Positions 29,495 through 39,733 of a DNA stretch of 64,000 nucleotides are shown one piece after another. The stretch comes from Gammaproteobacteria bacterium. Lineage in GTDB: Bacteria > Pseudomonadota > Gammaproteobacteria > Eutrophobiales > Eutrophobiaceae. Each line of letters begins with the position of its first letter. The stretch's first letter is position 1. A model generated the notes under the pieces. It saw nothing but the letters and a program-made list of their open reading frames with translations, made no database searches and had not been told where the DNA came from. The DNA lies in contig CBDEUK010000002.1 of NCBI GenBank assembly GCA_965243205.1, positions 1,856,001 to 1,920,000 on the forward strand. The letters run 5' to 3'. The translations under genes were made by a program, and so were the position numbers.

Positions 29495-31186
29495 ATGCAA
29501 GCTACGATTCCTCAAAGAGTTTCGAACGATAATAACTACAAGATACAGAATATAAACTTGTGGAAGATAGCCGCTATTTTTATAGCGGCTATTTTTTTTA
29601 TTCCAACCGCTACAATCATTGCTAGTTTATTTATTCCCAATCAAGAAATTTGGCAACATCTCTATCAAACAATTTTAGATGAATATCTTATCAATTCGTT
29701 TGTCTTAGCAAGCGGGGTTGGAATTATCACAGTTGTTTTAGGAGTAAGTACTGCTTGGTTAGTAACCATGTATCAGTTTCCTATGAGCGCTGTATTTAAA
29801 TATGCATTGTTATTACCGATGGCATTTCCTGCCTATATCGTTGCTTATACCTATACCGGCATATTGGATGTTAGTGGACCATTTCAGGAATGGATTCGTA
29901 TGACATTTGAGGTTGGCTATGGTGAGTACTGGTTTCCTGAGATACGTTCAATGCAAGGCGCTATATTCGTAATGTCATTAGTGTTATATCCCTATGTTTA
30001 TTTATTAACACGAGCCGCATTGTTAGAGCAATCGATATGTGTTTTGGAAGTTGCAAGGACATTGGGCTGTCGTCCATTGAACGTTTTTATTAGAGTTGCT
30101 TTGCCATTATTAAGACCGGCAATCATTGTTGGATTGTCTTTAGTATTAATGGAAGCCTTAGCGGATTACGGTACAGTACAATATTTTGGTGTTAATACGT
30201 TTACTACAGGAATTTTTCGTACTTGGTTTGCTTATGATAATAGTTTAGGAGCTACTCAATTATCAGCATGCTTATTATCCTTAATCATTATATTAATTTA
30301 TGTGGAACAATATTCACGAAAGCAATCAAAGTATTTTCATAGCAGTAATCGTTATTCAAAAATCATAGCTAAAAAGCTTCATGGTAGTCATGCTTGGTTG
30401 ACAATGCTTTATTGCTTGCTGATATTAATATTAGGTTTTTTATTACCATTGTTTTTTATCATTCAATGGTCATTCATAACGTATCATCAAGTCATTGACG
30501 AAGAATTTGTACGTTTGGTATGGAATAGTTTTGTTTTAGCAATAACAACAGCTGTGATTGCAGTCGTGGTTTCTTTATTTCTTGTATATGGTAAGCGTCG
30601 TTATAAAGGATTTATAATGCCTACAATATTAAAAATATTGAGTTATGGTTATGCAGTGCCTGGTGTTATTATCGCGGCGGGTGTGATGACACCGGTAGTT
30701 TGGTTCGATAAAAATCTGAACGTTGTCGTTAAGCAATTATTGAATTTGGAAATTGGATTAATATTTTCGAGTGGTGTTTCCATATTGGTCTTTGCGTATC
30801 TTGTTAGATTTCTAGCAATTTCATTAAATACACTAGATACTTCTATTCAAAAAATAAAACCATCTATTGATGAAGCTACAATGTCATTAGGGTTTCGATC
30901 ATTTTCTATGATAAAAAAAATTCATATACCTATGATGAAGAGCGGGTTGTTAACCGCTTTATTGATGATTTTTGTTGATGTGTTAAAAGAGTTGCCAGCA
31001 ACTTTAATACTTAGACCATTTAACTTTAATACATTGGCAGTTAAGACATATGAATTAGCTAATGAAGAACGTTTGTACGATGCAGCAATACCATCATTAG
31101 CTATTGTATTAGTAGGATTAATACCCGTCATTATACTCAGTCTATCAATTAATCGCTCCAGGCCAGGTGACCATGCCGCATCTTGA
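29495..31186 (+). CDS. Fe(III) ABC transporter permease
   Basis: Duplicated permease domains, PMAFPAYI, EALADYG, KELPATLILRPFNFNTLA. Confidence 0.92.
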   Translation: MQATIPQRVSNDNNYKIQNINLWKIAAIFIAAIFFIPTATIIASLFIPNQEIWQHLYQTILDEYLINSFVLASGVGIITVVLGVSTAWLVTMYQFPMSAVFKYALLLPMAFPAYIVAYTYTGILDVSGPFQEWIRMTFEVGYGEYWFPEIRSMQGAIFVMSLVLYPYVYLLTRAALLEQSICVLEVARTLGCRPLNVFIRVALPLLRPAIIVGLSLVLMEALADYGTVQYFGVNTFTTGIFRTWFAYDNSLGATQLSACLLSLIIILIYVEQYSRKQSKYFHSSNRYSKIIAKKLHGSHAWLTMLYCLLILILGFLLPLFFIIQWSFITYHQVIDEEFVRLVWNSFVLAITTAVIAVVVSLFLVYGKRRYKGFIMPTILKILSYGYAVPGVIIAAGVMTPVVWFDKNLNVVVKQLLNLEIGLIFSSGVSILVFAYLVRFLAISLNTLDTSIQKIKPSIDEATMSLGFRSFSMIKKIHIPMMKSGLLTALLMIFVDVLKELPATLILRPFNFNTLAVKTYELANEERLYDAAIPSLAIVLVGLIPVIILSLSINRSRPGDHAAS

Positions 31187-32216
31187 AATCAATTCAATCA
31201 ATGTGGACATAGAAGGCCACGAAATATTAAAGAACATCAGTTTAAATGTTGAAACTGGAGAGATTGTTTGCTTGCTTGGTTTAAGTGGTGAAGGAAAAAC
31301 GACTTTACTAAGGACCATTGCAGGGTTTTTACAACCTAAGGTCGGCGAGCTAACAATATTAAATCAATTAGTTGCTAATTCATCAATGAATATGCCCGTA
31401 GAACAACGACAGTTAGGTATGGTGTTCCAGGATTTTGCGTTATTTCCTCATCTAAGTGTAAAGAAAAATATTTTATTTGGTATTCAAGCTCAATCACACT
31501 CTGAACAACAGCAAAAACTTCAAGAACTCACGGAACTATTAAATATGAGTTCATTTGTTGATTTATATCCGCATCAATTATCAGGCGGCCAACAACAACG
31601 AGTTGCTATTGCACGTGCTTTAGCCCCTGGACCTAAACTTCTTTTAATGGATGAGCCATTCTCAAATTTAGATACAGAATTAAGAGAACGACTTGCTTGT
31701 GAACTTCGAGAGGTTTTAAAAGCGACTAACGTTACAACGATCATGATTTGCCACAATCAACATGAGGCTTTTGCGATAGCGGATAGAATAGGAGTTTTGA
31801 ATAAAGGGTGTTTAGAGCAAGTTGATACAGCATTTAATTTATATCATCAGCCGAAGACAATGTTCATTGCTGATTTTATTGGTGAAGGCATGTTAATAGA
31901 TGGCATTGTGAAAGACAGTCATAGTATTGAGACTGAATTAGGTATAATAAATGATCAAAAAGCACATGCGTATGCAGAATCTGCACAAGTAAAAGTATTG
32001 ATCCGTCCTGATGATATCATTCATGATGATTCGAGCAATCTACAAGCCTTAGTTCGAGATAAAGTATTTAGAGGAGCGGAATTCTTATACACTTTAGAAT
32101 TAAATAATGGTGAGCAAGTACTGAGTTTAGTTCCTAGTCATCATGACCATGCAATTGATCAGCCAATTGGTATTCGATTAGAGATTGATCATATGGTCGC
32201 ATTTGATGATAAATAA
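31173..32216 (+). CDS. Fe(III) ABC transporter ATPase
   Basis: GLSGEGKT, VFQDFALFPH, LSGGQQQR, LLMDEPFS, TOBE-like C-terminus; ATG at 31173. Confidence 0.92.
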   Translation: MPHLEINSINVDIEGHEILKNISLNVETGEIVCLLGLSGEGKTTLLRTIAGFLQPKVGELTILNQLVANSSMNMPVEQRQLGMVFQDFALFPHLSVKKNILFGIQAQSHSEQQQKLQELTELLNMSSFVDLYPHQLSGGQQQRVAIARALAPGPKLLLMDEPFSNLDTELRERLACELREVLKATNVTTIMICHNQHEAFAIADRIGVLNKGCLEQVDTAFNLYHQPKTMFIADFIGEGMLIDGIVKDSHSIETELGIINDQKAHAYAESAQVKVLIRPDDIIHDDSSNLQALVRDKVFRGAEFLYTLELNNGEQVLSLVPSHHDHAIDQPIGIRLEIDHMVAFDDK

Positions 32217-32289
32217 TGAGAATTTTTATCTACACTTCCTAATATGCCTGCTACAATTTTAAAAAAATGTTTACAGTGAGAATTGATTT

Positions 32290-32676
32290 ATGAGTGATAT
32301 CCCTGGTGATTTACAGTATTCCCCTAACCACACATGGCTTGAAGAAAACAGCGAAGGTTATAAGCGAGTTGGCATTACTGACTTTGCTCAATCAGAACTT
32401 GGTGATGTTGTTTTTATAGAGTTACCCGAGGTCGGTCGGACTTATTCTGAAGGAGAAGAATGTGGGTTGGTTGAATCAGTAAAATCAGCTTCTGATATTT
32501 ATGCCCCAATTACTGGAGAGATCATTGCAGTTAACGAAGCCATTGTCGATGATCCCGAAAAGATCAATCAAGACCCATATGGCGACGGTTGGTTATTTCA
32601 TATTAAGCCTGAAAGTGATGAAGCCTCTGAGGTAGTTTCGGCTGATGAATACGAAGAATTAATTCAAGAAGATTAA
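32290..32676 (+). CDS. gcvH: Glycine cleavage H protein (lipoyl carrier)
   Basis: VGITDFAQSELGDVVF, VESVKSASD (lipoyl Lys), NQDPYGDGW. Confidence 0.95.
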   Translation: MSDIPGDLQYSPNHTWLEENSEGYKRVGITDFAQSELGDVVFIELPEVGRTYSEGEECGLVESVKSASDIYAPITGEIIAVNEAIVDDPEKINQDPYGDGWLFHIKPESDEASEVVSADEYEELIQED

Positions 32677-32681
32677 TAATT

Positions 32682-33179
32682 ATGGCTGAAGTAAAACTAC
32701 AAGGTACTCCCTGTCAGACTAATGGTGATCTACCTGCGATCGGAAGTAATGCTCCCGAGTTTGTATTAACGGATAAAGCATTAAAGGATATTGGTTTAGC
32801 AAACTTTATTGGAAAAAAGAAAGTATTAAATATAGTACCTAGTTTGGATACACCCACTTGTGCTAAATCAACTAAACAATTTAATGATATTGCGCAACAA
32901 AATTCTGAAGTTGCTTTTTTAATTATATCGGCTGATTTGCCTTTTGCGATGTCACGATTTTGTGGTGCAGAAGGGTTAAAAAACGTTGTTACACTTTCGA
33001 TGATGCGATCACGTAATTTTGCAAAAGATTATGGTGTTTTATTACAAGATGGGCCATTAGCAGGTATTACTAGTCGAGCTGTCCTAGTTTTAAATGAAGA
33101 AAATAAAGTCTTACATGCCGAATTGGTAGAAGAAATCGCTAATGAACCAAATTATGATGCGGTAGTATCTAAACTATAA
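32682..33179 (+). CDS. tpx: Thiol peroxidase
   Basis: PSLDTPTC, SADLPFAMSRFC, EIANEPNY. Confidence 0.95.
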   Translation: MAEVKLQGTPCQTNGDLPAIGSNAPEFVLTDKALKDIGLANFIGKKKVLNIVPSLDTPTCAKSTKQFNDIAQQNSEVAFLIISADLPFAMSRFCGAEGLKNVVTLSMMRSRNFAKDYGVLLQDGPLAGITSRAVLVLNEENKVLHAELVEEIANEPNYDAVVSKL

Positions 33180-33201
33180 TAAATTATAAAGATTTTTACA
33201 T

Positions 33202-33564
33202 ATGGCCATAAAAGGCAACACAGGTATAAAACGAATTTATAATGCCTTCTTTTTTTCTATGAAAGGATTTAAGGCAACCTATCAAAATGAAGTATCATTT
33301 CGACAAGAAGTTTTTCTAAGTATTTTTTTACTTCCATTGGCTTTTTGGTTAGGCGATACAGGTTTTGAGAAAGCATTGCTTATTTCTGTCATTTTATTAG
33401 TCCTTATAGTTGAAATGCTGAATACTTGTGTAGAAGCTGTTGTTGATCGATTTGGTGGCGAACATCATGAGTTATCTGGTATGGCAAAAGATGTTGGCTC
33501 AGCAGCAGTTTTAATGTCTCTACTGAATGTTATTATTGTATGGACTCTTATCCTGTTATTTTAG
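33202..33564 (+). CDS. dgkA: Diacylglycerol kinase
   Basis: SFRQE, VEMLNTCVEAVVDR, SGMAKDVGSAAV. Confidence 0.95.
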   Translation: MAIKGNTGIKRIYNAFFFSMKGFKATYQNEVSFRQEVFLSIFLLPLAFWLGDTGFEKALLISVILLVLIVEMLNTCVEAVVDRFGGEHHELSGMAKDVGSAAVLMSLLNVIIVWTLILLF

Positions 33565-34497
33565 ATGCAGTAAAGCGTAATAGGCTGCGCCATGAGTACC
33601 GATTTCATCTTTCTTATTCAATTTTATTGTAATGTTTTCTAATAGTGGCTTATAAGCTTCAGCTGTTAAAAACATAAACTCTTCTAAGAAAATATCCGAT
33701 TGAACTATTTGAGGATTTTTCGCAGCTAAACCACCAGAAATAATTAATTCATTATCGATAACATTTGTTAAACAGTAATTTCTTGCTGTTCTTGCATAAT
33801 AACGACTGAATAAATTAATCGTTTCTTTATGTTTGTTATCATTAAATATTTCTTCAGCGCTTAACCTTTCTCCAGTTAAAAATTCATGAATGAAGCAAAT
33901 ACCTCGGCCGTTAACGATATTGTCTGTAACACAATAATCCACGTTTAGTTTTTGTTTTAAAAATTCTTCAAATGTTTTTTCTTCTTTGTTTATAAAACTA
34001 AATGTTGCATGCCCTGCTTCTGAAGGAAAGATTTGATTATTAACGATTGTACAGTGCCCTATCCCAGTTCCTGCACCAATAATACCGATGGTATTACCAA
34101 ATAAATTCGTTCCTTCTTTAATAGTAATAAGCTGTTTGGATACTTCAGGAATCAAACAGGCGTAAGCTTGTGCTGCAAAATCGTTGATCATAAAAACCAT
34201 TTGTTTTTCGCGTAAGTGTTTAACATTGATTTCCCAAGGAATGTTAGGCGGCAAACAAATATCATTATAAACTGGTCCTGGCACGGAAAAGCTTAATGTC
34301 TCGTATGATTGTATATCTAGGAATGATGAAGGTTTTTTCGATCGATAGTGATCTAATAGATCATTAAAGCAATGTATATCATTTGATTGAGTTTCTAATT
34401 TAAATATTTCAATATCATCTAAGTCTTTAAATGAATCTTGATGATATTGTGCAAAACGTGTTTTAGTACCACCAATGTCAATTGCAAGGGTTTTCAT
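33556..34497 (-). CDS. glk: Glucokinase family protein
   Basis: DIGGTKTRFA, INDFAAQAY, GAGTGIG, SEAGH, ISGGLA. Confidence 0.85.
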   Translation of the reverse strand: MKTLAIDIGGTKTRFAQYHQDSFKDLDDIEIFKLETQSNDIHCFNDLLDHYRSKKPSSFLDIQSYETLSFSVPGPVYNDICLPPNIPWEINVKHLREKQMVFMINDFAAQAYACLIPEVSKQLITIKEGTNLFGNTIGIIGAGTGIGHCTIVNNQIFPSEAGHATFSFINKEEKTFEEFLKQKLNVDYCVTDNIVNGRGICFIHEFLTGERLSAEEIFNDNKHKETINLFSRYYARTARNYCLTNVIDNELIISGGLAAKNPQIVQSDIFLEEFMFLTAEAYKPLLENITIKLNKKDEIGTHGAAYYALLHLK

Positions 34498-35168
34498 TGA
34501 TTGTCAATGTAAGGGTTAGAATTACCTTGTAAGGATTTTATTTTTTTATTCCGAGCCTTTTCTTCTACGGTGACAGGGTCTTGTTTATCCCACTGTTGTA
34601 AAGTTTGGTATTGTTTTTCACGAATTTCTAAATCGTATCGATTTGCCATGTAAAACATAGCGCGAGCAATATCACCACGTATTTCTTTGCGTGGCTCAAC
34701 AATTTTCTTTTGATAGTCGATTTCAAAATCACATGCGCCATATTTTCTTTTTTCGCCTTTCACATTGCCAAATGGATGACTACGCCTAGCTTCATTTATA
34801 TTTTCGCGAGATGGAAATAGATTGTGTAAATCAGCCTCTATGCGATTAAACTCAGCGCTGTTTTTACGACATTGTTTTCTTTCTCCGCAATTCAATGACC
34901 AAGCAACCCATGACATAGGAAATACATGTTCAATGTTAATATGGTCACGATTGTGATCAGAAAAAGTTTCACCACAATAAAGTGTTGTACCTCCATTAGG
35001 ATATAACTCATCCCAAAATATCCCACGCGCTTCGTAATAATTCTCAATGGCCATTGTATTATTGACTAGCTGCGTTGTAAGTTCTTCAGGCTTCATACCA
35101 AGATAAGAAGCAATGATTGCAATAATGAGTGCAACTAAAGTAGTGCCTTGTTTCGCTTGTTTATTCAT
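34494..35168 (-). CDS. Endonuclease I family nuclease
   Basis: YCG, NIEHVFPMSW, ADLHNLFPS...IN..R, EPR..RGDIARAMFYM, QGNSNPY; N-terminal hydrophobic anchor/signal. Confidence 0.9.
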   Translation of the reverse strand: MNKQAKQGTTLVALIIAIIASYLGMKPEELTTQLVNNTMAIENYYEARGIFWDELYPNGGTTLYCGETFSDHNRDHINIEHVFPMSWVAWSLNCGERKQCRKNSAEFNRIEADLHNLFPSRENINEARRSHPFGNVKGEKRKYGACDFEIDYQKKIVEPRKEIRGDIARAMFYMANRYDLEIREKQYQTLQQWDKQDPVTVEEKARNKKIKSLQGNSNPYIDNQ

Positions 35169-35188
35169 TTTTTTACGAATCCAGATTG

Positions 35189-36268
35189 TTAAAACGATTC
35201 ATGTTGCTCTAAGGCCCAAACGATATGTTCTTTTACCATATCAGAAACCATATTTAATTTAGTCTTTAATGCATTAATGATTTGTTCAGATGTTTTTGCA
35301 TTACCTAATGCAATGGCGATATTACGTAACCAACTATCATAACCAATCCTACGGATTGCACTGCCTTCAGTATTAGATAAAAACTCTTCTTCACTCCACA
35401 TGAAAAGATCAATTAACTCTGGCGCATCCAGACCGTTACGAATTCTGAAATCTTGTTCTTCTGTATTTTTAGCGAACTTATTCCAAGGGCAGATTAACTG
35501 GCAATCATCGCAACCATATATACGATTGCCTATGGCTTTACGAAACTCAATTGGAATGGACTCTCGTAACTCAATAGTTAAATAAGAAATACATTTTCGA
35601 GCATCAACACGATAAGGTGCAACAATCGCATCAGTAGGGCAGATATCAATACAGGCTGTACAAGAACCGCAATGATTAGTGGTAAAAGGTTCATCTACAG
35701 GTAATGGTAAGTCAGTATAAATTTCACCAAGAAAAAACCATGAACCAGATTTAGGGTGAATCAAGTTGCTGTGTTTACCGATCCATCCATTGCCGGCATT
35801 ACGTGCTAGGGCTTTTTCTAAAACAGGTGCACTATCAACAAAGGCGCGATAACCAAATTCACCAATAGTTGCCTCGATATGATTCGCTAATTTTTGCAGC
35901 CGTTGTCGTAATAGCTTATGGTAATCACGTCCCATAGCATAACGTGAAACATAGGCTTTGTTTGAATCATTTAACACGGTACTTGGATGAGTTGCATCGG
36001 GTGGTAAATAATCCATGCGTAAAGAAATTACCCGATGCGTACCAGGCAATAATTCTGCAGGACGTGAACGTTTCGTACCGTGACGTTGCATATAATCCAT
36101 TTCGCCATGAAAGCCATCATCTAACCAATTTAATAGATATTGTTCATCTTTTGTTAAATCAATATCTGTAATGCCACAGGCTTGAAAACCAAGTTGTTCC
36201 GACCATTTTTTAATGGATAGACTAAGCATTTTATAGTCAATAGATTGGTTTTGGCTTGAATTTGGCAT
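35189..36268 (-). CDS. queG: Epoxyqueuosine reductase
   Basis: SRYAMGRDYH, VDSAPVLE, CGSCTACIDICP, CISYLTIE, GCDDCQLICPWN. Confidence 0.96.
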   Translation of the reverse strand: MPNSSQNQSIDYKMLSLSIKKWSEQLGFQACGITDIDLTKDEQYLLNWLDDGFHGEMDYMQRHGTKRSRPAELLPGTHRVISLRMDYLPPDATHPSTVLNDSNKAYVSRYAMGRDYHKLLRQRLQKLANHIEATIGEFGYRAFVDSAPVLEKALARNAGNGWIGKHSNLIHPKSGSWFFLGEIYTDLPLPVDEPFTTNHCGSCTACIDICPTDAIVAPYRVDARKCISYLTIELRESIPIEFRKAIGNRIYGCDDCQLICPWNKFAKNTEEQDFRIRNGLDAPELIDLFMWSEEEFLSNTEGSAIRRIGYDSWLRNIAIALGNAKTSEQIINALKTKLNMVSDMVKEHIVWALEQHESF

Positions 36269-36357
36269 TATTTGCGAATGTTTCGTATGTGATTGCTATG
36301 TTCACTGCGTTAATATGTTTACTATTATGACCTTAGAATGTTGCGACGGAAACTTTG

Positions 36358-37431
36358 ATGTTTGAATTTATTAAAGCTTGGTATCAACGCTACTTTACTG
36401 ATCCTCAAGCTGCTTTATTAGCAGTATTGATCGTTGTTTTTTCCATCACCATTTTTTACTTTGGAAAAATGTTAGCGCCATTGATGGCGGCGATGATCAT
36501 TGCTTATTTACTTGAAGCTTCTGTACAAAAATGCCAGCGATACAATTGCCCTAGAATTATTGCGGTTAATGTGGTGTTTTTGTTATTTGTCGCATTCATG
36601 TTGTTTATATTGATTGTTTTATTACCAATCTTAACCAGACAAATTACTCAGTTTTTCCAAGAAGTCCCAGAGATGCTGAATAACGGTCAGACTTTATTGT
36701 TGACCTTGCCGGAAAAATACCCTGAATTAATTTCAGAATCGGCAGTATCGCAGTTTATAGGGACCATACGTAGAAGCTTGAGTGATTTGGGCAGTAATGT
36801 GTTTTCATTTTCAGTCGCATCCATACCAGCTTTAATATCCGCATTAGTTTATTTGGTGTTAGTGCCGTTAATGGTGTTTTTCTTTTTGAAAGACAAAGAA
36901 CTTATTTTATCTTGGTTAGGGCGTTTTTTACCTGCTGACAGACGTTTGGTTGATGAAGTCTGGCAAGAGATGGACGACCAAATTGGTAACTACATACGTG
37001 GTAAAGTTTACGAAATTATTATTGTTGGAGCGGTTTCATATATTACATTTCAGATTCTTGGATTAAATTATGCGCCGTTATTAGCTTTAATGGTGGGCTT
37101 GTCTGTATTGATTCCTTATATAGGTGCTGCAGTTGTTACATTACCGATTGCGATTGTGGCTTATTTCCAATGGGGGCTGACCAGTGATTTTTATTGGTGC
37201 ATTGGCTCTTACCTAGTCATTCAATTTCTCGATGGTAATGTTTTAGTGCCTATTTTGTTTTCAGAGGCCGTCAATTTACATCCCGTTGCGATTATCGTTG
37301 CTATTTTAGTTTTCGGGGGACTATGGGGGTTTTGGGGTGTGTTCTTTGCTATTCCATTAGCAACATTAGTTAAAGCCGTTATCAATGCATGGCCGATGAC
37401 GTCTGAAGAAGAACAGATTATAGAAGGATAA
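36358..37431 (+). CDS. AI-2E family transporter (PerM-like)
   Basis: GNYIRGK, IPYIGA, IQFLDGNVLVP, LHPVAII, GGLWGFWGVFFAIP. Confidence 0.9.
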   Translation: MFEFIKAWYQRYFTDPQAALLAVLIVVFSITIFYFGKMLAPLMAAMIIAYLLEASVQKCQRYNCPRIIAVNVVFLLFVAFMLFILIVLLPILTRQITQFFQEVPEMLNNGQTLLLTLPEKYPELISESAVSQFIGTIRRSLSDLGSNVFSFSVASIPALISALVYLVLVPLMVFFFLKDKELILSWLGRFLPADRRLVDEVWQEMDDQIGNYIRGKVYEIIIVGAVSYITFQILGLNYAPLLALMVGLSVLIPYIGAAVVTLPIAIVAYFQWGLTSDFYWCIGSYLVIQFLDGNVLVPILFSEAVNLHPVAIIVAILVFGGLWGFWGVFFAIPLATLVKAVINAWPMTSEEEQIIEG

Positions 37432-37434
37432 GTT

Positions 37435-38880
37435 TTATAAAATATCCGAAGCGATATCGGCTAAACGTGAACGTTCTCCACGTTGTAAGGTGATATGTCC
37501 ACTGTGTTCCCAATGTTTAAATCGATCCACTACATACGTTAAGCCTGAAGTTGTTTCAGTCAGATAAGGTGTATCGATTTGGCTGATATTACCTAAACAA
37601 ACGATCTTACTACCAGGCCCAGCACGGGTAATTAAGGTTTTCATTTGCTTTGAAGTTAAATTCTGCGCTTCGTCGACAATAATGAAGCGATTAAGGAAAG
37701 TACGGCCGCGCATGAAATTCAAAGAGCGGATTTTAATGCGTTTGGTTAATAAATCAGAGGTTGCTGCCTTACCCCAATCGGTTTCATCTTCAGAATTGGT
37801 GAGCACTTCTAAGTTATCGAGTAAAGCGCCCATCCACGGTGCCATTTTTTCTTCTTCAGTTCCTGGTAAGAATCCAATGTCTTCTGCTACTGGTACCGTG
37901 ACTCGAGTAATAATAATTTCTTTATAAATTTTGGTTTCCATACATTGATGTAAACCAGCTGCTAGAGCCAATAAAGTTTTTCCGGTTCCAGCAACACCGA
38001 GTAGAGACACTAAATCTATTTGTGGATCCATTAATAGGTTTAACGCAAAATTTTGTTCCATATTGCGAGCATTAATTCCCCATATAGCACCGCCATTGCG
38101 ATAATCAGTAGCAACTCGAAGTGTCGTTTTATCATCATCGGTTTTTTCCACCATGGCTTCAAAGCCATCGTCTGAATGCAGACACATATATGGATAGCAA
38201 TCGTCGAATAACTCAGAGTTTATTTCATAATAGGATTTTCGTTCGTCTTGCCATGACTTGAGTTGATTGTTTTCTTGATCCCAAAAACCTTCTGCCAGTT
38301 GGTACATTCCAGAGTAAAGTAAATCTGCATCGTCCAATACTTTGTCATTGAAATAATCTTCTGTCGGAATACCAATAACATGGGCCTTAATGCGAAGGTT
38401 AATATCTTTAGAAACAACGATAACATGAGAATCAGAATATTTTTCACGTAAGGACAAAGCTGTCGCTAAAATCGAATTATCAATATTTTTACCCGGCAAA
38501 CTATCAGGGAGATCATTAGTTAATACTTCGGTTTGTAAAAACAATCGGCCACTTGGTACGACTTTCCCAGACATTTGTTGTAAATCAGATAAAGGTAGAC
38601 CTTGTTGAATGGCTTCATGGTCAGCATCGGTTAGCAATGAGTCTAAAAAACGGCTGACTTGACGAACGTTTCTGGCAACTTCCGAAGTGCCTTTTTTTGC
38701 AGCGTCTAATTCTTCAACTACCGCCATGGGTATGAATAAATCATGTTCATGGAAACGAAAAATAGCACCAGGATCGTGCATCAATACATTGGTATCGAGT
38801 ACAAACAAGCGTTTTTTATTATCGTGAGGCCGTTCTATCAAAGGATCGTTTTCTGTATTTTCAATAACTTTTTCAAGCAT
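37435..38880 (-). CDS. PIN-domain PhoH family ATPase
   Basis: FVLDTNVLMHDP (PIN), SKDINLR, GVAGTGKT, GFLPG, RGRTF, DEAQN. Confidence 0.93.
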   Translation of the reverse strand: MLEKVIENTENDPLIERPHDNKKRLFVLDTNVLMHDPGAIFRFHEHDLFIPMAVVEELDAAKKGTSEVARNVRQVSRFLDSLLTDADHEAIQQGLPLSDLQQMSGKVVPSGRLFLQTEVLTNDLPDSLPGKNIDNSILATALSLREKYSDSHVIVVSKDINLRIKAHVIGIPTEDYFNDKVLDDADLLYSGMYQLAEGFWDQENNQLKSWQDERKSYYEINSELFDDCYPYMCLHSDDGFEAMVEKTDDDKTTLRVATDYRNGGAIWGINARNMEQNFALNLLMDPQIDLVSLLGVAGTGKTLLALAAGLHQCMETKIYKEIIITRVTVPVAEDIGFLPGTEEEKMAPWMGALLDNLEVLTNSEDETDWGKAATSDLLTKRIKIRSLNFMRGRTFLNRFIIVDEAQNLTSKQMKTLITRAGPGSKIVCLGNISQIDTPYLTETTSGLTYVVDRFKHWEHSGHITLQRGERSRLADIASDIL

Positions 38881-38980
38881 AGGAATAAGTAAAATGAGTG
38901 AATAATCGGATAAATGGAAATAGCTTGGTTTTTTATTCTTCTAAACATTGCCTGCCTAGTATGCACAACTTTTCTTAAAT

Positions 38981-39508
38981 TTATTTTACAGGTTCTAAGA
39001 TTGCGTCGAGGTTTAGTTTTTCACAAAAGTCCATAAAATCACCTCTAAGTGAAGCGATAGAGATATCCACTGGGATATTGATAGTCATGTGTAGCGTGAA
39101 CATTGGAGTACCAGTATTCGCAGCAGTATAGCTATTTGTATTCATATCTTGAATGCTGATGTTGTTATCAGCGAGGAATTTTGCGATATCACTCACCACA
39201 CCAATATGATCATATGAGACTAAATCGATAGCATAAGGCATTAATTCTGTTTCAAGAGTTTGATTCTCAGTACGTTTTTTAATGATGCTCAGATTCAAAC
39301 GATTTTCTAGCTTTTCGAACTGATTTTCCATTTTAGCGATGGTATCCCAAGTGCCAGATAGCATCATGAGCATTGCCATTTCTTGGCCTAAGTTGTTCAT
39401 TCGTGCATCCACAATATTACAACCGCAATCTTTGATTACTGTCGATATTTGTTCTACAAGGTTATCGTTATAAGTACCGAGGATAGTTACGACTAAAAAG
39501 TTTTGCAT
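38981..39508 (-). CDS. gcvR: GcvR-like tandem ACT-domain regulator
   Basis: GCNIVDARM, LSGTWDTIAK, DHIGVV, two ACT domains, divergent from dapA. Confidence 0.88.
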   Translation of the reverse strand: MQNFLVVTILGTYNDNLVEQISTVIKDCGCNIVDARMNNLGQEMAMLMMLSGTWDTIAKMENQFEKLENRLNLSIIKKRTENQTLETELMPYAIDLVSYDHIGVVSDIAKFLADNNISIQDMNTNSYTAANTGTPMFTLHMTINIPVDISIASLRGDFMDFCEKLNLDAILEPVK

Positions 39509-39733
39509 GGATTTAACTTAAAATAACGAGCAAAAAGATAGGTACGAAATGAAATTTCAATATATACAGTGAATATGAATAGTCTTGTCATGTCTTCTAC
39601 AGATAAGTACCATACCTTACCCTGCATTTAGTGCCAAGCCACATTCACTGTTTGGCGCGAAATTTCACTAAATTAATCGTGATCTTAGAAAAATATAACT
39701 CCTATGGTTTTGTAGACTAGAGAAGAATTATTA

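Noticed and set aside
37435-38880. PIN-PhoH as a toxin-antitoxin system
   Set aside because: No antitoxin ORF in the 100-bp upstream gap; the gene sits in a common housekeeping context near gcvR/dapA
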